Positions 47,719 to 60,116 of a stretch of DNA of 64,000 nt are shown piece after piece. A model generated the notes under the pieces. It saw only the letters and a program-made list of their open reading frames with translations. It did not search any database and was not told the DNA's origin. A program made the translations under genes and the position numbers. The stretch comes from Dictyostelium discoideum (lineage: Eukaryota). Position 1 is the stretch's first letter. The number at the start of each line of letters is the position of its first letter. The stretch spans positions 1,632,001 through 1,696,000 of the forward strand of contig CM000155.2 in the NCBI GenBank assembly GCA_000004695.1, given 5' to 3'.

Positions 47719-49302
47719 ATGTCAAATAATAGTAATAAAAAATATAGAGTTATAAATGAAGAGAAATATGTAGATTCATTAAATAAAATTATAGTTAGGG
47801 ATTTTTTCCCAGATTTACCAAATCTAAGGGATCAATTAGAATGGATGGAAGCAGTAGAAACAAATGATTTAGATAGAATTAGATCAGTTCAATTAGCATC
47901 ATTAAGAAAAGAAACAACTGTTAGAAGACAGCATGATGACATTACACCTTCAATTAATAATAATAATAATAATTCAACATCATTTGAAACACCTATAATA
48001 CATAACGAATTTGATAATAATAGTAATAATAATAATCAAGATAATAAGAAAATTAACAATATTGAGGATGATGATAAACATATAGAAAATACTAATTTGG
48101 ATAATTTTGTAAATACATTTGTAAGCGAAGATGATGCAAGTTATATAGATATTCAAAAGAAACAAAATGAAAGAATATTAATAAAATATAAATGGTTATT
48201 CGATAAAGCTAAAGAGATTAATAAACATAATCAATTACAATTAGAGGGAAATAAAGGAACTACAACAACAACAACCACAACAACCACAACAACCACCACA
48301 ACTAACAAAAATTTATCATCTATAATTGAATATAAACCACCAAAAAATATTGTACCAGATACATGGAATTATAAAGTTAGGAATACATTAATGTTTAAAC
48401 CTGAAAATCTTGATCCTTCATTTAATAGGGAAATAATTGGTGGTCCACCAAAAGAAATTCAACATAGTAATACAAGAATAACTGGTAATATTTGGGAAAA
48501 TGAACCAAAACCTCAAAATATAAATAGATTTCGTGATAGTAATAATAATAAACCATTTTCTGAAATGACATTACAAGAACAAATTGAAAAACTAAAACAA
48601 TTAGAAGAAGAAGGTAAATCATCGATGGAAATTGAGAATTCGACATTTGGTTATTTATCAACACCACAAATTATACCTGGTAGAAGTATTGATGATAGTA
48701 GTGGTGGTGGTGGTGGTGGTGTTGGAGAATCACCATTAATGACATGGGGTAGAGTTGATGGTACACCATTGTTATTGGACTCAAGACCCATTTCAACACC
48801 ATTAGATATTAAATTAAGAGGTAGTGGTGCACCATCATTTAAAATACCAGAAACACCAAAAAGAGAACAACTTGCAAATAAATTATTTGAAAAAGTTGCT
48901 GTATCAAAAACTAAATCACAACAATCACCAATTGTAAATAGAAATAAAAGAAATAGTACTGGAGGTATGACACCAACCAGATCACTTGAAAGTTTATCGC
49001 CTGCTGCTCAAAGATTACTTCAAGCTAAAGGTAGTTTAACTCCAACTCATATTAAATCTAAAAATCATATAGATGATCAATTAAGAAAGAGTTATACATC
49101 TTTATCACCTTCACCTAAAAAACAAGTTTCAAATAATTTTACACCAACACCAATTACACCAAAATCAACACCATCAAACCTTTCAAGAAATATTTATAAT
49201 AATGATACCAAAAAAACAACAACAACGATAAAAACGACAGCTGCACCACTTCCAAACCCTTCAAATTCATCAATAACAGATAATTTATTAGATTTTACAT
49301 AA
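47719..49302 (+). CDS. ES2/DGCR14 (splicing factor ESS-2) family protein
   Basis: The N-terminal block YVDSLNKIIVRDFFPDLPNLRDQLEWMEAVETNDLDRIRSV matches the conserved Es2 domain (…RDFFPD…). The remainder is low-complexity S/T/N-rich sequence. The assignment rests on the motif only. Confidence 0.5.
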   Translation: MSNNSNKKYRVINEEKYVDSLNKIIVRDFFPDLPNLRDQLEWMEAVETNDLDRIRSVQLASLRKETTVRRQHDDITPSINNNNNNSTSFETPIIHNEFDNNSNNNNQDNKKINNIEDDDKHIENTNLDNFVNTFVSEDDASYIDIQKKQNERILIKYKWLFDKAKEINKHNQLQLEGNKGTTTTTTTTTTTTTTTNKNLSSIIEYKPPKNIVPDTWNYKVRNTLMFKPENLDPSFNREIIGGPPKEIQHSNTRITGNIWENEPKPQNINRFRDSNNNKPFSEMTLQEQIEKLKQLEEEGKSSMEIENSTFGYLSTPQIIPGRSIDDSSGGGGGGVGESPLMTWGRVDGTPLLLDSRPISTPLDIKLRGSGAPSFKIPETPKREQLANKLFEKVAVSKTKSQQSPIVNRNKRNSTGGMTPTRSLESLSPAAQRLLQAKGSLTPTHIKSKNHIDDQLRKSYTSLSPSPKKQVSNNFTPTPITPKSTPSNLSRNIYNNDTKKTTTTIKTTAAPLPNPSNSSITDNLLDFT

Positions 49303-49384
49303 AATTATTTAAAAATAAAAAAAAAAAAAAAAAATTATATATTTATATATATATATATATATGGGAGGGGGTGAAAATTTTAAT

Positions 49385-51587
49385 TTATTTTTTTTTTACA
49401 ACTTTCTTTGATTTGTTATTTAAATTCTTTTTAGAAGCTGAAGGTATGAATGCTATTTCTAAATCACCATTATCTTTTTTAGTTATTTTAGTACCATCTT
49501 TTTCATCTTTATCATCTAAACCTGTTGCTTTCTTTATTTCTTTACCCACTCTAACACTGAATGGAGCACTCTTTAAAATTTGTTGTTTTCCAGATTCTTT
49601 ACCATTTAATGATGGTAATGAATGGCCAGTTTTAATTTCATACATTTTAATTGGTTTCTTTGATTTAATCTGTTCTTTTTGTAATTCTTTTCTTTTATTT
49701 GTAATTGGATTTGATTTAATTTTAATATCATCTTCATCATAATCGTCATCGTCATCACTATCTTCACTATCACTATTTCTATTTTTATTTTTATAATTAT
49801 CTTGATCGTCGTCGTCGTCATCATTGTCGTCATCACTATCTTCATCATCAAAATCAACTTTATCGAAATTATCTTGAATATGTTTATCCAATTTTGAAAT
49901 TTTAGATCTTGGATTTACTCTTAAGAAAGCTTCACTTCCTTCATCTTGTTCAAAATCTCTATTTTCAAACATTGCTTTAAATCTTGGATCTGATGAAGAA
50001 GATTGTGTAATTTCAGCATCCATTGGTTTGTGAGAATCTTGTTTTTGAATTTCATATTGAGCAGCGAGACGTTCAGCAAGTTTGGCATTGACAGCTGGTT
50101 TATTAATTGTAGTTGATGATGAAGAAGTTGGTTTCTTGGTGAGTGAAATACGAGTTTGATTCTTTTCAGCTAATTTATCTTTAATTTGTTGTTTACGTAA
50201 ATCTTCATAATTTGTTGGATTTTTAGACATTACAACTTTATTATATAATTTAATGTGAATGAAGTAACCATGCATATAAGCCTTCAAATAACCAGTACCA
50301 ATTAAATTTTCAATATCAAGTTTAGCAACTTCATCACGTGTAATGAATTTATAATCTTCGTATACTAATTGTTTATCTTCTTCGAGTTCTTCTGTTAAAT
50401 TATCCAAGAATGAACACCAACGTGGTGCAGCACCCAATGCAGGTACATAATAAGTTTGAATCTTTTGTGTGTTACCTGGCATTAACAATAAACCAGATCC
50501 ATTGGTCACCACCACGTCGGTAATCGGATTCTTTGGCTCCAATACCATATGAATTTTACCGGTATCCTTCTCGAATGATTTAAAGATTTTAGCATCTGAT
50601 GACATAATTCTTTGTGTACCATCACCACTAATATGGAAATTGATTGAATTAATTGGTAATTGGTATTGGTGCATCTTTATCATTGATGGCGATGCTGAAC
50701 GAATATCGTACATCAAGACACCGCCATTCGATGTGCCCAAACCCAATAACAAACCGTCTGGTCCGAATTTACCTGCAGTGATTGAAATTGGTTCAGAATC
50801 TTCATCTGCACTATTATAATCTGGCAATGCTGCTGCTGCGTTGATTGTTGATACCATTGTTCTAACCCTTGGATCCCAACATTCAATAAAACCATTTTCA
50901 CCACCCAACATCATCAATTGGTGTACTGGATTTTGAGCTATAACATTAATACCACCATTCAAATGAGTTGTCAATGGTGCTAAAAATCTACCTTCTTCTA
51001 AATTTAATCTATAAACTTCTGTATCTGATGCTGTAATATATAAATCACATGATGGTTTATGATATGTCATATCTCTACCTAATTTTGGAATTCTAGTTTT
51101 AAAATATGATCCAAATTTTGCATGAAATTCAATATATCTATCATCTCTTAAAAATACTGGTTTTGAATAATCATCTGATAACATCTTATATTATAAAAAA
51201 AAAAAAATTAAAAATTAAAAATTATTAATATATTTATTTTTTTATAGATTTGAAGATTTTTGTAAAAAAAAAATAAGCACTACTTACTTCAAAAGTTACA
51301 ACATTACAATCTAAATTTCTTGAAACTTTTTGAGATAATTGTGATAATTCAAATACTTTAAATTGTGGTGGATAAATACCAGTTGCCATAATATATTGAC
51401 CATCTTGTGAAATTCTAACACGTTGAGATGATGTTTCAAATGAGAAATCTTGAATTAATTCAATTCTTTGATTAAATTCTTTATTCTTTCTTAGTTCTTC
51501 TCTTTTATTTTCTGATAACCATTCTGGTAATGATTTACCTGCTGAAACATTATATATTTTAACACCATTTGTAGTTAATAAATTCAT
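49385..51587 (-). CDS. Nucleolar protein 10 (NOL10/Enp2) homolog, 2 exons
   Basis: Exon 1 51288..51587 (MNLLTTNGVKIYNVSAGKSLPEWLSENKREEL...IELIQDFSFETSS...VVTFE), GTAAGT donor, phase 0. Exon 2 49385..51184, acceptor tataag, MLSDDYSKPVFLRDDRYIEFH... Collinear with human NOL10 (…EVVTFEILSDDYSKIVFLHNDRYIEFH…), including the hallmark GAAPRWCSFLDNLTEELEE and the NUC153 region, then an acidic tail. Confidence 0.75.
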
Positions 51588-51879
51588 TTTTTATTATTAC
51601 TACTTTTAAAAAAATAGTAATTTTTAATTATTACTTTTTTAAATTATGAAAAAAAAAAAAAAAAAAAAAAAAAAATAAAATTTTATGAATTTTTTAAAAA
51701 ACGACAAATACTCGGTTTTTTTTTTTAAATTTTTTTTTTTTTTTATTTTTATTTTTTTATTTTTATTTTCCCCAATTCTTTTTTTTTTAATTTTTATTTT
51801 TATTTTCCACGATTCAAAATTTTTTTTTTTTTTTATTATTTACTAATTTATTTTATATATAAATAACAAAAAACAAATA

Positions 51880-53955
51880 ATGTCAGATTCAAGTGATAGT
51901 GAATCATCATATAATTCATCATCATCATCATCAAGTGAAAATGAATCAAATAAAGATGAAAAGAAAGTTTTATTTCAAGATGATTCAGAATCAGAAGCTG
52001 AAAATGAAATTAAAGTAAATGAAAAGTTTGAAAGAATGTATGAAGCTAAAAAAGCACATAATGAATTAATTTCAGCATCAACCACACTTGAAGAAGATGA
52101 ACAAAGTGAAGATGATGATGGTAAATTTGATTCAAAAGTAATGAAAGATGGTTTCCTTACACTTTTACCATTATTAGCAAAAAAAAAAACAGATTTATTA
52201 TTAAAGAATAAAGATGTAAAATTCTTTAATAATAATAATGATAATAATAACAATGATGAAGAAGAAGAAGAGGATGAAGGATCAGATGAAGCAGATAGCG
52301 AATCTGAAGAATCTGAATCTGAAAAAAAGAAAAAGAAGAAACCATTCACATTAAAAGATTATCAAAGAGAGAAACTTACAAAAACAATGAATAAAGATCA
52401 ATATGAGGAATCTGATGAAGAGGATTTCGATTCATTACCACATAATAAACAACAAGAGAAATTAAAGAAAGATTTCTTTGATGCTTCAAGAAAATCATTT
52501 AAAGATGGTGGTGGTGATGATGGTGATGACGATGATGGTGAAGATGGTTCAGATGATGATTTTTTAGTTAAAAGAAAAAAGACTGAACAAGATCAAGAGA
52601 TTGAAGATAAAGAATTTGAAGAATTTAGACAACGTTTAGAGAAAAAGAAATCACCATTCCTTGAAGAGACTGATACAATTAGTGAATTTTGGAAAGGTAA
52701 AGATGCCGATACTGATGAGAAATTCCTTAGAGATTATTTGTTAGGTCAAAAATGGCAATCTGACAAAGGTAAATTACCAACCTATGAAGAGATTCTTAAA
52801 GAATTGGATCAAGATGAAGGTGAAACCGTTAAACAAGATGATTTCGAACGTACTTTTAATTTCCGTTTCGAGGAACCAGGTTCAGCAATTATCGTCAATC
52901 ATCCACGTACAATTGAAAACTCAGTTCGTCGTAAAGATTCCGCTAGAAAAACAAAAAGAGAAAAGAAGAAAGAAAGAAAAGAACAACGTGCTGTTCAAAA
53001 TCAAGAGAAAATTAAACAACTCAAAAATGAGAAAAAGAAACAAATCCTTGAAAAAGTTAAAGAAATTAATAGTATCACTGGTTCAAATTTATTCAATTTA
53101 GATTCTGTTGATATTAAAAAGATTGATCCTGAAATAATGGTAAAATCAATTGGTAAAAAAGTTAAGCAACCACAACAACAAGATAGTAATAATAATGAAG
53201 AAGAAGGATATGATGAAAACTATGAAGGTGGTGAAGGTGATGATTATCAATATGATGAGGGTAATGGTGGTCGTTATGATTTAAATAAAATCATTGAGTC
53301 AGGACTTTATGATGACCAATTTGAAGATGATGGTGAAGTTTGGTCAAATGAAAGAATGTCAAAAGAACGTGAAGAATTAGAATCAATGTTAGATAGATAT
53401 TATGAAATGGATTATCAAGATCTTTTAGGTGATGATACTCCAGTTCGTTTCAAATATACAAAAGTTGAACCTGATTCAACCATTTCAATCGATGATATCT
53501 TGGAAAAGGATGATAAAGATTTAGAAAAGATTTTACCATTAAATAAAATCGCCACCTATTATAATCCTTCCTATAAAGGTTATCGTCAAAAAGCTGATAA
53601 AAGATATTTCGATAAACCTTCAACTAGTAAATATCTCACAAAATCTTCAAAAACTTCAACAAATTATAATAGTAAATATAATCAAAATAAACAATTTAAT
53701 TCTAAATTTGATAATAATAATAATAATAATAAAAATAATAATAATAATAATAAAAATAATAATAATAATAATAAATTTAATAATAATAAAAAAGAAGAAT
53801 TCAGTAATAATAAAAAAGATTATAATAATAATAAACCACAACAACAACCACAACAACCACAAACTACTGAACCAACTGAACCAGCTGGTGAAAAGAAAAG
53901 AAAAGCCAAGAACAAAAATAAAGCATCCACTAATAAAATTCAAAAAGTTGAATAA
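51880..53955 (+). CDS. KRI1-like ribosome biogenesis protein
   Basis: 691-aa acidic/basic protein. The central EFWKGKDADTDEKFLRDYLLGQKWQ and the C-terminal VRFKYTKVEPDSTISIDDIL resemble the Kri1 and Kri1_C conserved blocks. The N- and C-termini are poly-Ser/Glu and poly-Asn/Lys. Confidence 0.55.
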   Translation: MSDSSDSESSYNSSSSSSSENESNKDEKKVLFQDDSESEAENEIKVNEKFERMYEAKKAHNELISASTTLEEDEQSEDDDGKFDSKVMKDGFLTLLPLLAKKKTDLLLKNKDVKFFNNNNDNNNNDEEEEEDEGSDEADSESEESESEKKKKKKPFTLKDYQREKLTKTMNKDQYEESDEEDFDSLPHNKQQEKLKKDFFDASRKSFKDGGGDDGDDDDGEDGSDDDFLVKRKKTEQDQEIEDKEFEEFRQRLEKKKSPFLEETDTISEFWKGKDADTDEKFLRDYLLGQKWQSDKGKLPTYEEILKELDQDEGETVKQDDFERTFNFRFEEPGSAIIVNHPRTIENSVRRKDSARKTKREKKKERKEQRAVQNQEKIKQLKNEKKKQILEKVKEINSITGSNLFNLDSVDIKKIDPEIMVKSIGKKVKQPQQQDSNNNEEEGYDENYEGGEGDDYQYDEGNGGRYDLNKIIESGLYDDQFEDDGEVWSNERMSKEREELESMLDRYYEMDYQDLLGDDTPVRFKYTKVEPDSTISIDDILEKDDKDLEKILPLNKIATYYNPSYKGYRQKADKRYFDKPSTSKYLTKSSKTSTNYNSKYNQNKQFNSKFDNNNNNNKNNNNNNKNNNNNNKFNNNKKEEFSNNKKDYNNNKPQQQPQQPQTTEPTEPAGEKKRKAKNKNKASTNKIQKVE

Positions 53956-54298
53956 AAATATTTTTAAAAACAAAAATAAAATAAGAAATTAGATTTTCTA
54001 AAAAATTCTATAAATAATCCAAGATTTTCATTTTTTTTTTTTTTTTCTAATGGACAATTTAAGGTTTTTACCTTTTTTTTGTTTTTTAAAAAATTTCCCT
54101 CCAAATTTTGGGAAAAAAAAATAAAAAAAAAAAAAAACACAAAACAAACTTTTTTTTTTCATTTTCATACTTTATTCTTGTAATTAACAACTATTCATAT
54201 TGTAAATAAACTTTTTATTTTTTTGTAAAAAAAAAAAAAAGAGTAAAAAAGGTAAAAAAAAAAAAAAAAAAAAATATAGGTATATATAAATTCAAAAA

Positions 54299-56407
54299 AT
54301 GATTCAACAACTTCCAATGGTTAATGTTGAATTAATGATTAGTAATTTAAGAATTTTAGTTGAATCAAAGCAATTTTCATCAGCAGAATTTTTAGGTAAT
54401 TTTGTAATATCAGTACCAAATCAACAAAAAACACCTCATCAAAATATAATTTCATTTTCTTTATTTGGTGACTCTTTATTTGGAAAGAATGAATTTGTTA
54501 GATCATTAAAATATTTTAAACAATCATTAGATATATTATTTAAAGTCTATAATAATCCAAATAATAATAATAATAATAATAATAAACAAGCAGACTTTGA
54601 CAATAAACAATTTGAATACGAATTAAAATATAAAATATCATTATGTTATATTAAAATTAATAGAAATAATTTAGCAATTTCATATGTAAGTAATTTAATA
54701 TTAAATAAATATATATATATGTATATTTATAAATTTTTAAAAAATAGTTATTAATAACAAAAAAAAATAGCTTGAATCTATACCATTTAGCTCAAGAGGA
54801 TTAGATACACATTTAACAATTGCAAGATTATATAAAGATATTGGTAAAGAAAAATCAAAAGAATGTATTATTAGTTATAAAGAAGTTATAAAATTATGTC
54901 CATTATGTTTAGAAGCAATTAACTCATTAAAAGAAATGGGTGAAAATGTAGATCAAGTTTTAATACCATCAATAAATAAATTTCAACAAAAAAATAATAG
55001 TTTTAATTCAAATAATATAATAGATTTATCTTGGATATCTTTATTATCAATGTCTCAATATGAAATGAAAAGAAATCAACCTGAAAGTAATTATAATTAT
55101 TATTATTATTTTTTTTTTTTTTTTTAATATTATTATTATTATTAATTTTATATTATTAATATTATTTAATTATTATTTTAGAATCATTAATATTATTAAA
55201 AAAAGTTGAATCTAAATTTTCAACAAATTTATATGTTTTAGAGAAATTAGCATTATCTTATTTATATCATGATGAACCTTCAATAATTAATACATTTAAT
55301 ATCTTTCAAAAAATTAGATTATTAGATCCATATTATATTGGTTCAATGGATATATTTTGTTCATTATTAAAAAGAAGATCATTACAATTTGAATTAAATA
55401 AGTAAGTATTGTAATCATATAATTATTAATAAAAAAAAAAAATAAAAAAAAAACATATTATTAATTTTTTAAAAAAAAAAATAATAATAAACAAAGAGTA
55501 TGTAATGATTTAGTAGCATCAAATCCATATTGTGCAGAAACATGGACATCAGTAGCATTATTTTATTTTTTAAAAGAAAATGTTGAAAAATCATTAGAAA
55601 ATGTTGATAGAGCAATTAGTATTAAAGAATCACATGAATTTGCACATTCATTAAAAGGTGAGATATTATTATCATTGGATGAGCCAAGAGAAGCATTACC
55701 CTCATTGGAAAGAGCATTCCAACTTTCAAAGAATATTTTAACAGCACGTGAATTAGTTAGATGTCATTTAATATTAAATCAAATGAAAGAAGCTTTAGTA
55801 GTCGCTGAAACTATCAATAATCTTAGTCCTGACTACTCGAAAACAATGGCTTTACTTGGCATGGTTTTAGCAAATCAACCTGAAGAAAGAGAAGAAGCTA
55901 GAAAAATTTTAACAAAAGCTTTAACTTTATCTCCACATTGTACTGACACTGTTTTAACTTTAAGTAAATTAAATGTTGTTGAAGGTAGATTTCAAGAAGC
56001 AATTGATATGTAAGTTAATATATTAATAATACACTCACTCTTTATATATTTAATTTATTAATTCTTTTATTTTATTTTATTATATTAAACTAAATTTTAG
56101 TTTAAATAGTCAATTGGAATATCAAGAAACAGATTTAATGCACACAGAAATTGCAGGAGTTTATTTAACTAAAGATTATCATGAAGATGCAATGATTCAT
56201 TATAATAGTGCATTAGAAATTAATCCTCAATATGAACCTGCATCAAGAGGTATTGCAAGATTGGAATTAATTATGAAAGGTATTGATCCTGATCAAGAAT
56301 TAGATCAAGAGAATGATGATGATGATCAAGAAGAAGGTGAGGGTGAAAATGATCAAGAGGAAAATGATGACGATGATAATGACGATGATGATGAATATAT
56401 TTCTTAA
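54299..56407 (+). CDS. anapc7: Anaphase-promoting complex subunit 7 (APC7)-like TPR protein, 5 exons
   Basis: Exons 54299..54685, 54771..55086, 55182..55401, 55497..56009 and 56101..56407. The donors are GTAAGT, GTAATT, GTAAGT and GTAAGT, and all phases and lengths check. The TPR blocks and C-terminus (…VVEGRFQEAIDM|ILNSQLEYQETDLMHTEIAGVYLTKDYHEDAMIHYNSALEINPQYEPAS…) parallel the human APC7 C-terminus (…EGRYEEGIALLRNALANQSDCVLHRILGDFLVAVNEYQEAMDQYSIALSLDPNDQKS…). It ends in an acidic D/E tail. Confidence 0.5.
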
Positions 56408-57494
56408 AAAAAAAAATAATAATAATATTAAAAAAATAAATAAAAAAATAAAAGAATTTAAAAAAACTTAAATTTGATAAAAAAAAGCAAAAGAAGAAAT
56501 AAAAATAAAATTAAAAAAGATATTTTTTCTAAAAAAAAAAAAAAAAAAAAAATGAAAAATGAAAAAAAAGATATTTTTTTTTGATGCGAAAGTGGCTCAC
56601 GTGACTTTCCAGTTTTTTTTTTATTTTTTTAAAAAATTCGAATCCTTCTTTTCACTTTTTTCATATGATTCTGATAAGATAATAATCTTTATGAATAAAA
56701 AAAAAAAAAATTTAAAAAAAAAAAAAAATTAAAATAATAAAGGGTATATTTTGTGTTATTTGTCTTTGGCACGTGACTTTTGGGGTGCGATTTTCAAAAA
56801 ATAAAAAAAAATAAATAAAAAAAAATAAAAAGATAATTGCAAACATATTTCGTAAAATTCTTAATTTTAAAATCACCATTATAATAATAGATAATTGATT
56901 GAATTTAAGCTTTGAATATAAAAAACAAATAATAAAAAAAAAAAAATATATAAAAAAAAAAAAAAAAAATATAGGACTTAATATTTGCATGCAAAAATTA
57001 TAAAATCAAGTGGTTTTCAAAAAAAAAGAAAAAAAAAAAAAAAAAAAAATAATAAAAAATAAATGGGCAACAGTGTATAGTGTTGTTGTGTGTTTAAAAA
57101 ATTTTTTTGAATTTTTTTATTTTTAAATAACCACTCCCAACTTTTTTGATTTTTTTTTTTTTGAATTTTATTTTTTTTTTTTTTTTTGTTTTTTTTTTTT
57201 TTATTCTTTTTTATTTTTTTTTATTTTTTTTTTATTATTTTTATTTATTTTTTTTTCCAACACTAAAAACAATTGACACATAAACTGTTGTTAATTAAAT
57301 TATTATTATTATATATAACCAGTAATTGTTTAATAATAATTTTAACTTGATTGTGTAATTTTTATTTATTTTAAAATTAATTTTTTTTTTTTTTAATTCT
57401 TTATTTTTTTAGTTTTATTTTTTTTTAAAAAAAAAATAAGATAATTCCTGTTTTTTTTTTTTATTATAACAGAGTATTTTACTTTATTAATAAA

Positions 57495-57526
<32 letters not shown>

Positions 57527-57734
57527 TAATAAAAATAATAAAAAATAATAAAAATAAATAATAATTCAAAATAATAATATTGGTACTAAATAAAAAAGTT
57601 GCAAAAAGTGAATAGAAAAAAATAAAAAATTTTTTTTTTTTTTTTTTTAAACAAAATTTTCTCATTTTTTTTATAATTAAAATCCATAAAAAATTAATTT
57701 ATTTTCTTAGCTTTAGGGAAAAATTAGAAATAGA

Positions 57735-57735
57735 A

Positions 57736-57810
<75 letters not shown>

Positions 57811-59236
57811 TTTATAATAGCAATAATAATTATAGTGGTGGCAACAACCAATATAATAACTATTATAATAATAATAATAATAATAATATTAATAATAATA
57901 ATAATAATAATTCATATAATAATGAAAATAATAATGAATTTATAGAAGATTTACAGGATCCAGACTTAGATGCATTAACAAATTTAATAGTTAACAATAT
58001 ACCAAAATCAATGGATTCAAACGAATTAAAATCATTATTTGACAAATTTGGGGAAATAGAATCATGTAAAATTGTTTTCAATCGTAAAAAAGATGGCAAT
58101 GGCAATAGCAATATCAATATCAATAGCAACAACAGCAATGGCAGCAATAGCAACAACAACAACAACAACAGTAATAATAATAGTAGTTTAGGATATGGAT
58201 TTGTTAAATTTTCTAAAAAAGATGAAGCAGCTATGGCAATCGAACAATTGAATGGTTTTGAAGTCGATTCTAAACCACTCAAAGTGTCATATGCTCAAGC
58301 GAGCAGTAGTCAATCCACTCATGCAAATCTCTACATTAATAGATTGGAACCACATGTAACCAATGCTAATTTAAAAGAGGTATTTGGTAGTTTTGGAGAT
58401 GTGATAGATACTAAAATTTTAACTGACCCTGATACTGGGGCAAGTAGATGTGTAGGCTTTGTTCATTTCTCACAAAGAAGAGAGGCTTTAAAAGCTGTAT
58501 CTTCAATGAATGGTGCTAACATACCTTTTCAATCTACTCCCATTTACGTTAAAGTAAGTTGATTCTTTTTTTTTTTTTTTTTCATTTGAATGAATTGCTT
58601 CACTTTTTTTATTTTATAATTTTATACTTTTAATTTTTTAATTTTTTATTTTCCCTCTTGAAAATTAATCTTAACATTTCCTTTTTTTTATTTATTTATT
58701 TTTTTTATTTAATTTCTTTATTTATTTATTATTTTAATATATAACTTCCCGTTTTATTTTTTAATTTTTAAATTTAATTTGTCTGATAAATTTTATATTT
58801 TCCTTAAATTTTTAATTTCTAAACTAAGTTTGCAAATCAATTGAGTGGAAATAATAATGGCAATAATAATAATAATATTATTAATAGTAATAGTAATAAT
58901 AATAATAATAATAATAGTAATAGTAATTTTAATAATAATAATGGAAACTTTAATAACCCTTTCAACTTTAATGGTAATAATAATAATAACAATAATAATG
59001 GAAATAATTACAATAATAGTGGTAGTAGTAGTAATAATAATAATAATAACAATAAAAACAGTAATGGAAACCATAATAATAATGGCAATAATTTTAACAA
59101 TAACTATAATAGCAATTATGGTAATATGTATAATAACAACAATAATAATGGTAACACTAATAACAATTTTAATAACAATGGTAATGGGAATAACAATAAC
59201 AATAGGAATAGTTATAATGGTTATGATAACAATAAC

Positions 59237-59269
<33 letters not shown>

Positions 59270-59662
59270 TTTAGTGATGATTACAATGGATACAATAATT
59301 ATAACGGCAATAGTAGTAGTAATGGTAATAATAGTAATAATAATAATAATATAATGTCATCATTTCCAATTCATATTTCCAATTTACCAAATAATATAGA
59401 TGAAACCTTTTTATATAAGCTATTTGCTTTTGGTGCAATTTCAGGTGTTCAATTATTAAATAATGGTCAAGCTATTATCACATATTTAGATTATCAAACT
59501 GTTCAAAATGCAATTAATACCTTAAATGGTAAAATCATTTCCGGTAGATCATTAAAGGTTGTTTGTCTTACAAACTCTTCCCCTTCAAATGATAATAATA
59601 TGATATATGGTAATGGTAATGGTAATGGCAATGGCACCAATGGCAATAATATGTACTATTGA
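57735..59662 (+). CDS. ELAV/Hu-like RNA-binding protein with three RRMs and poly-Asn linkers (2 exons)
   Basis: Exon 1 57735..58553: RRM1 (LIVNNIPKSMDSNELKSLF...LGYGFVKFSKKDEAAMAIEQLNG) and RRM2 (NLYINRLEPHVTNANLKEVF...SRCVGFVHFSQRREALKAV). A GTAAGT donor and a 275-bp intron follow, with an aaactaag acceptor. Exon 2 58829..59662: N-rich hinge, then RRM3 (IHISNLPNNIDETFLYKLFAFGAI...LKVV). Confidence 0.65.
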
Positions 59663-59928
59663 AAAAGCTATTGAAATTACTTTCCACATTTTCCTTTTTT
59701 TTTTTTTCCTCGTTCTCAATCAATCCATAAAAAAAAATAAAAAATAAAATAAAATAAAAAAATGAAAATCAAAATCAACAAACAACAAAAAAAGATTATA
59801 TATAACAATTTTACATTAAAAATGGCACTCTCTCTTCTTTGTCTTAGCTTTAGTCTAGTCTTGGTTTTAGTTTTCAGTCAGTGTTTTAATTTTAGTGAAT
59901 TTAGAAAATCAATTTATTTTTGGTAATA

Positions 59929-59976
<48 letters not shown>

Positions 59977-60116
59977 AAAAACAAAAGCAAAATCTTTGTT
60001 AAATCTTTAATTATTTGATTTTTCTTTTTTTCTTTTTTCTTTTTCTTTTTTTCTTTTTTTCTTTTTCTTTTCCTTTTTTTATTATACAAAATTATATTCC
60101 ACATTTCTTAGGGTAA

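Noticed and set aside
53656-53992. ORFs 53656-53973 (-) and 53708-53992 (+) with poly-Ile/Lys translations
   Set aside because: They are alternative-frame or antisense reads of the AAT/AAA repeats encoding the Asn/Lys-rich C-terminus of the KRI1-like gene.
56636-56650. tRNA-like B-box core attcgaatcc
   Set aside because: No A-box, acceptor stem or anticodon arm can be built around it, so it is not a tRNA gene. I kept it only as context for the recurrent motif finding.
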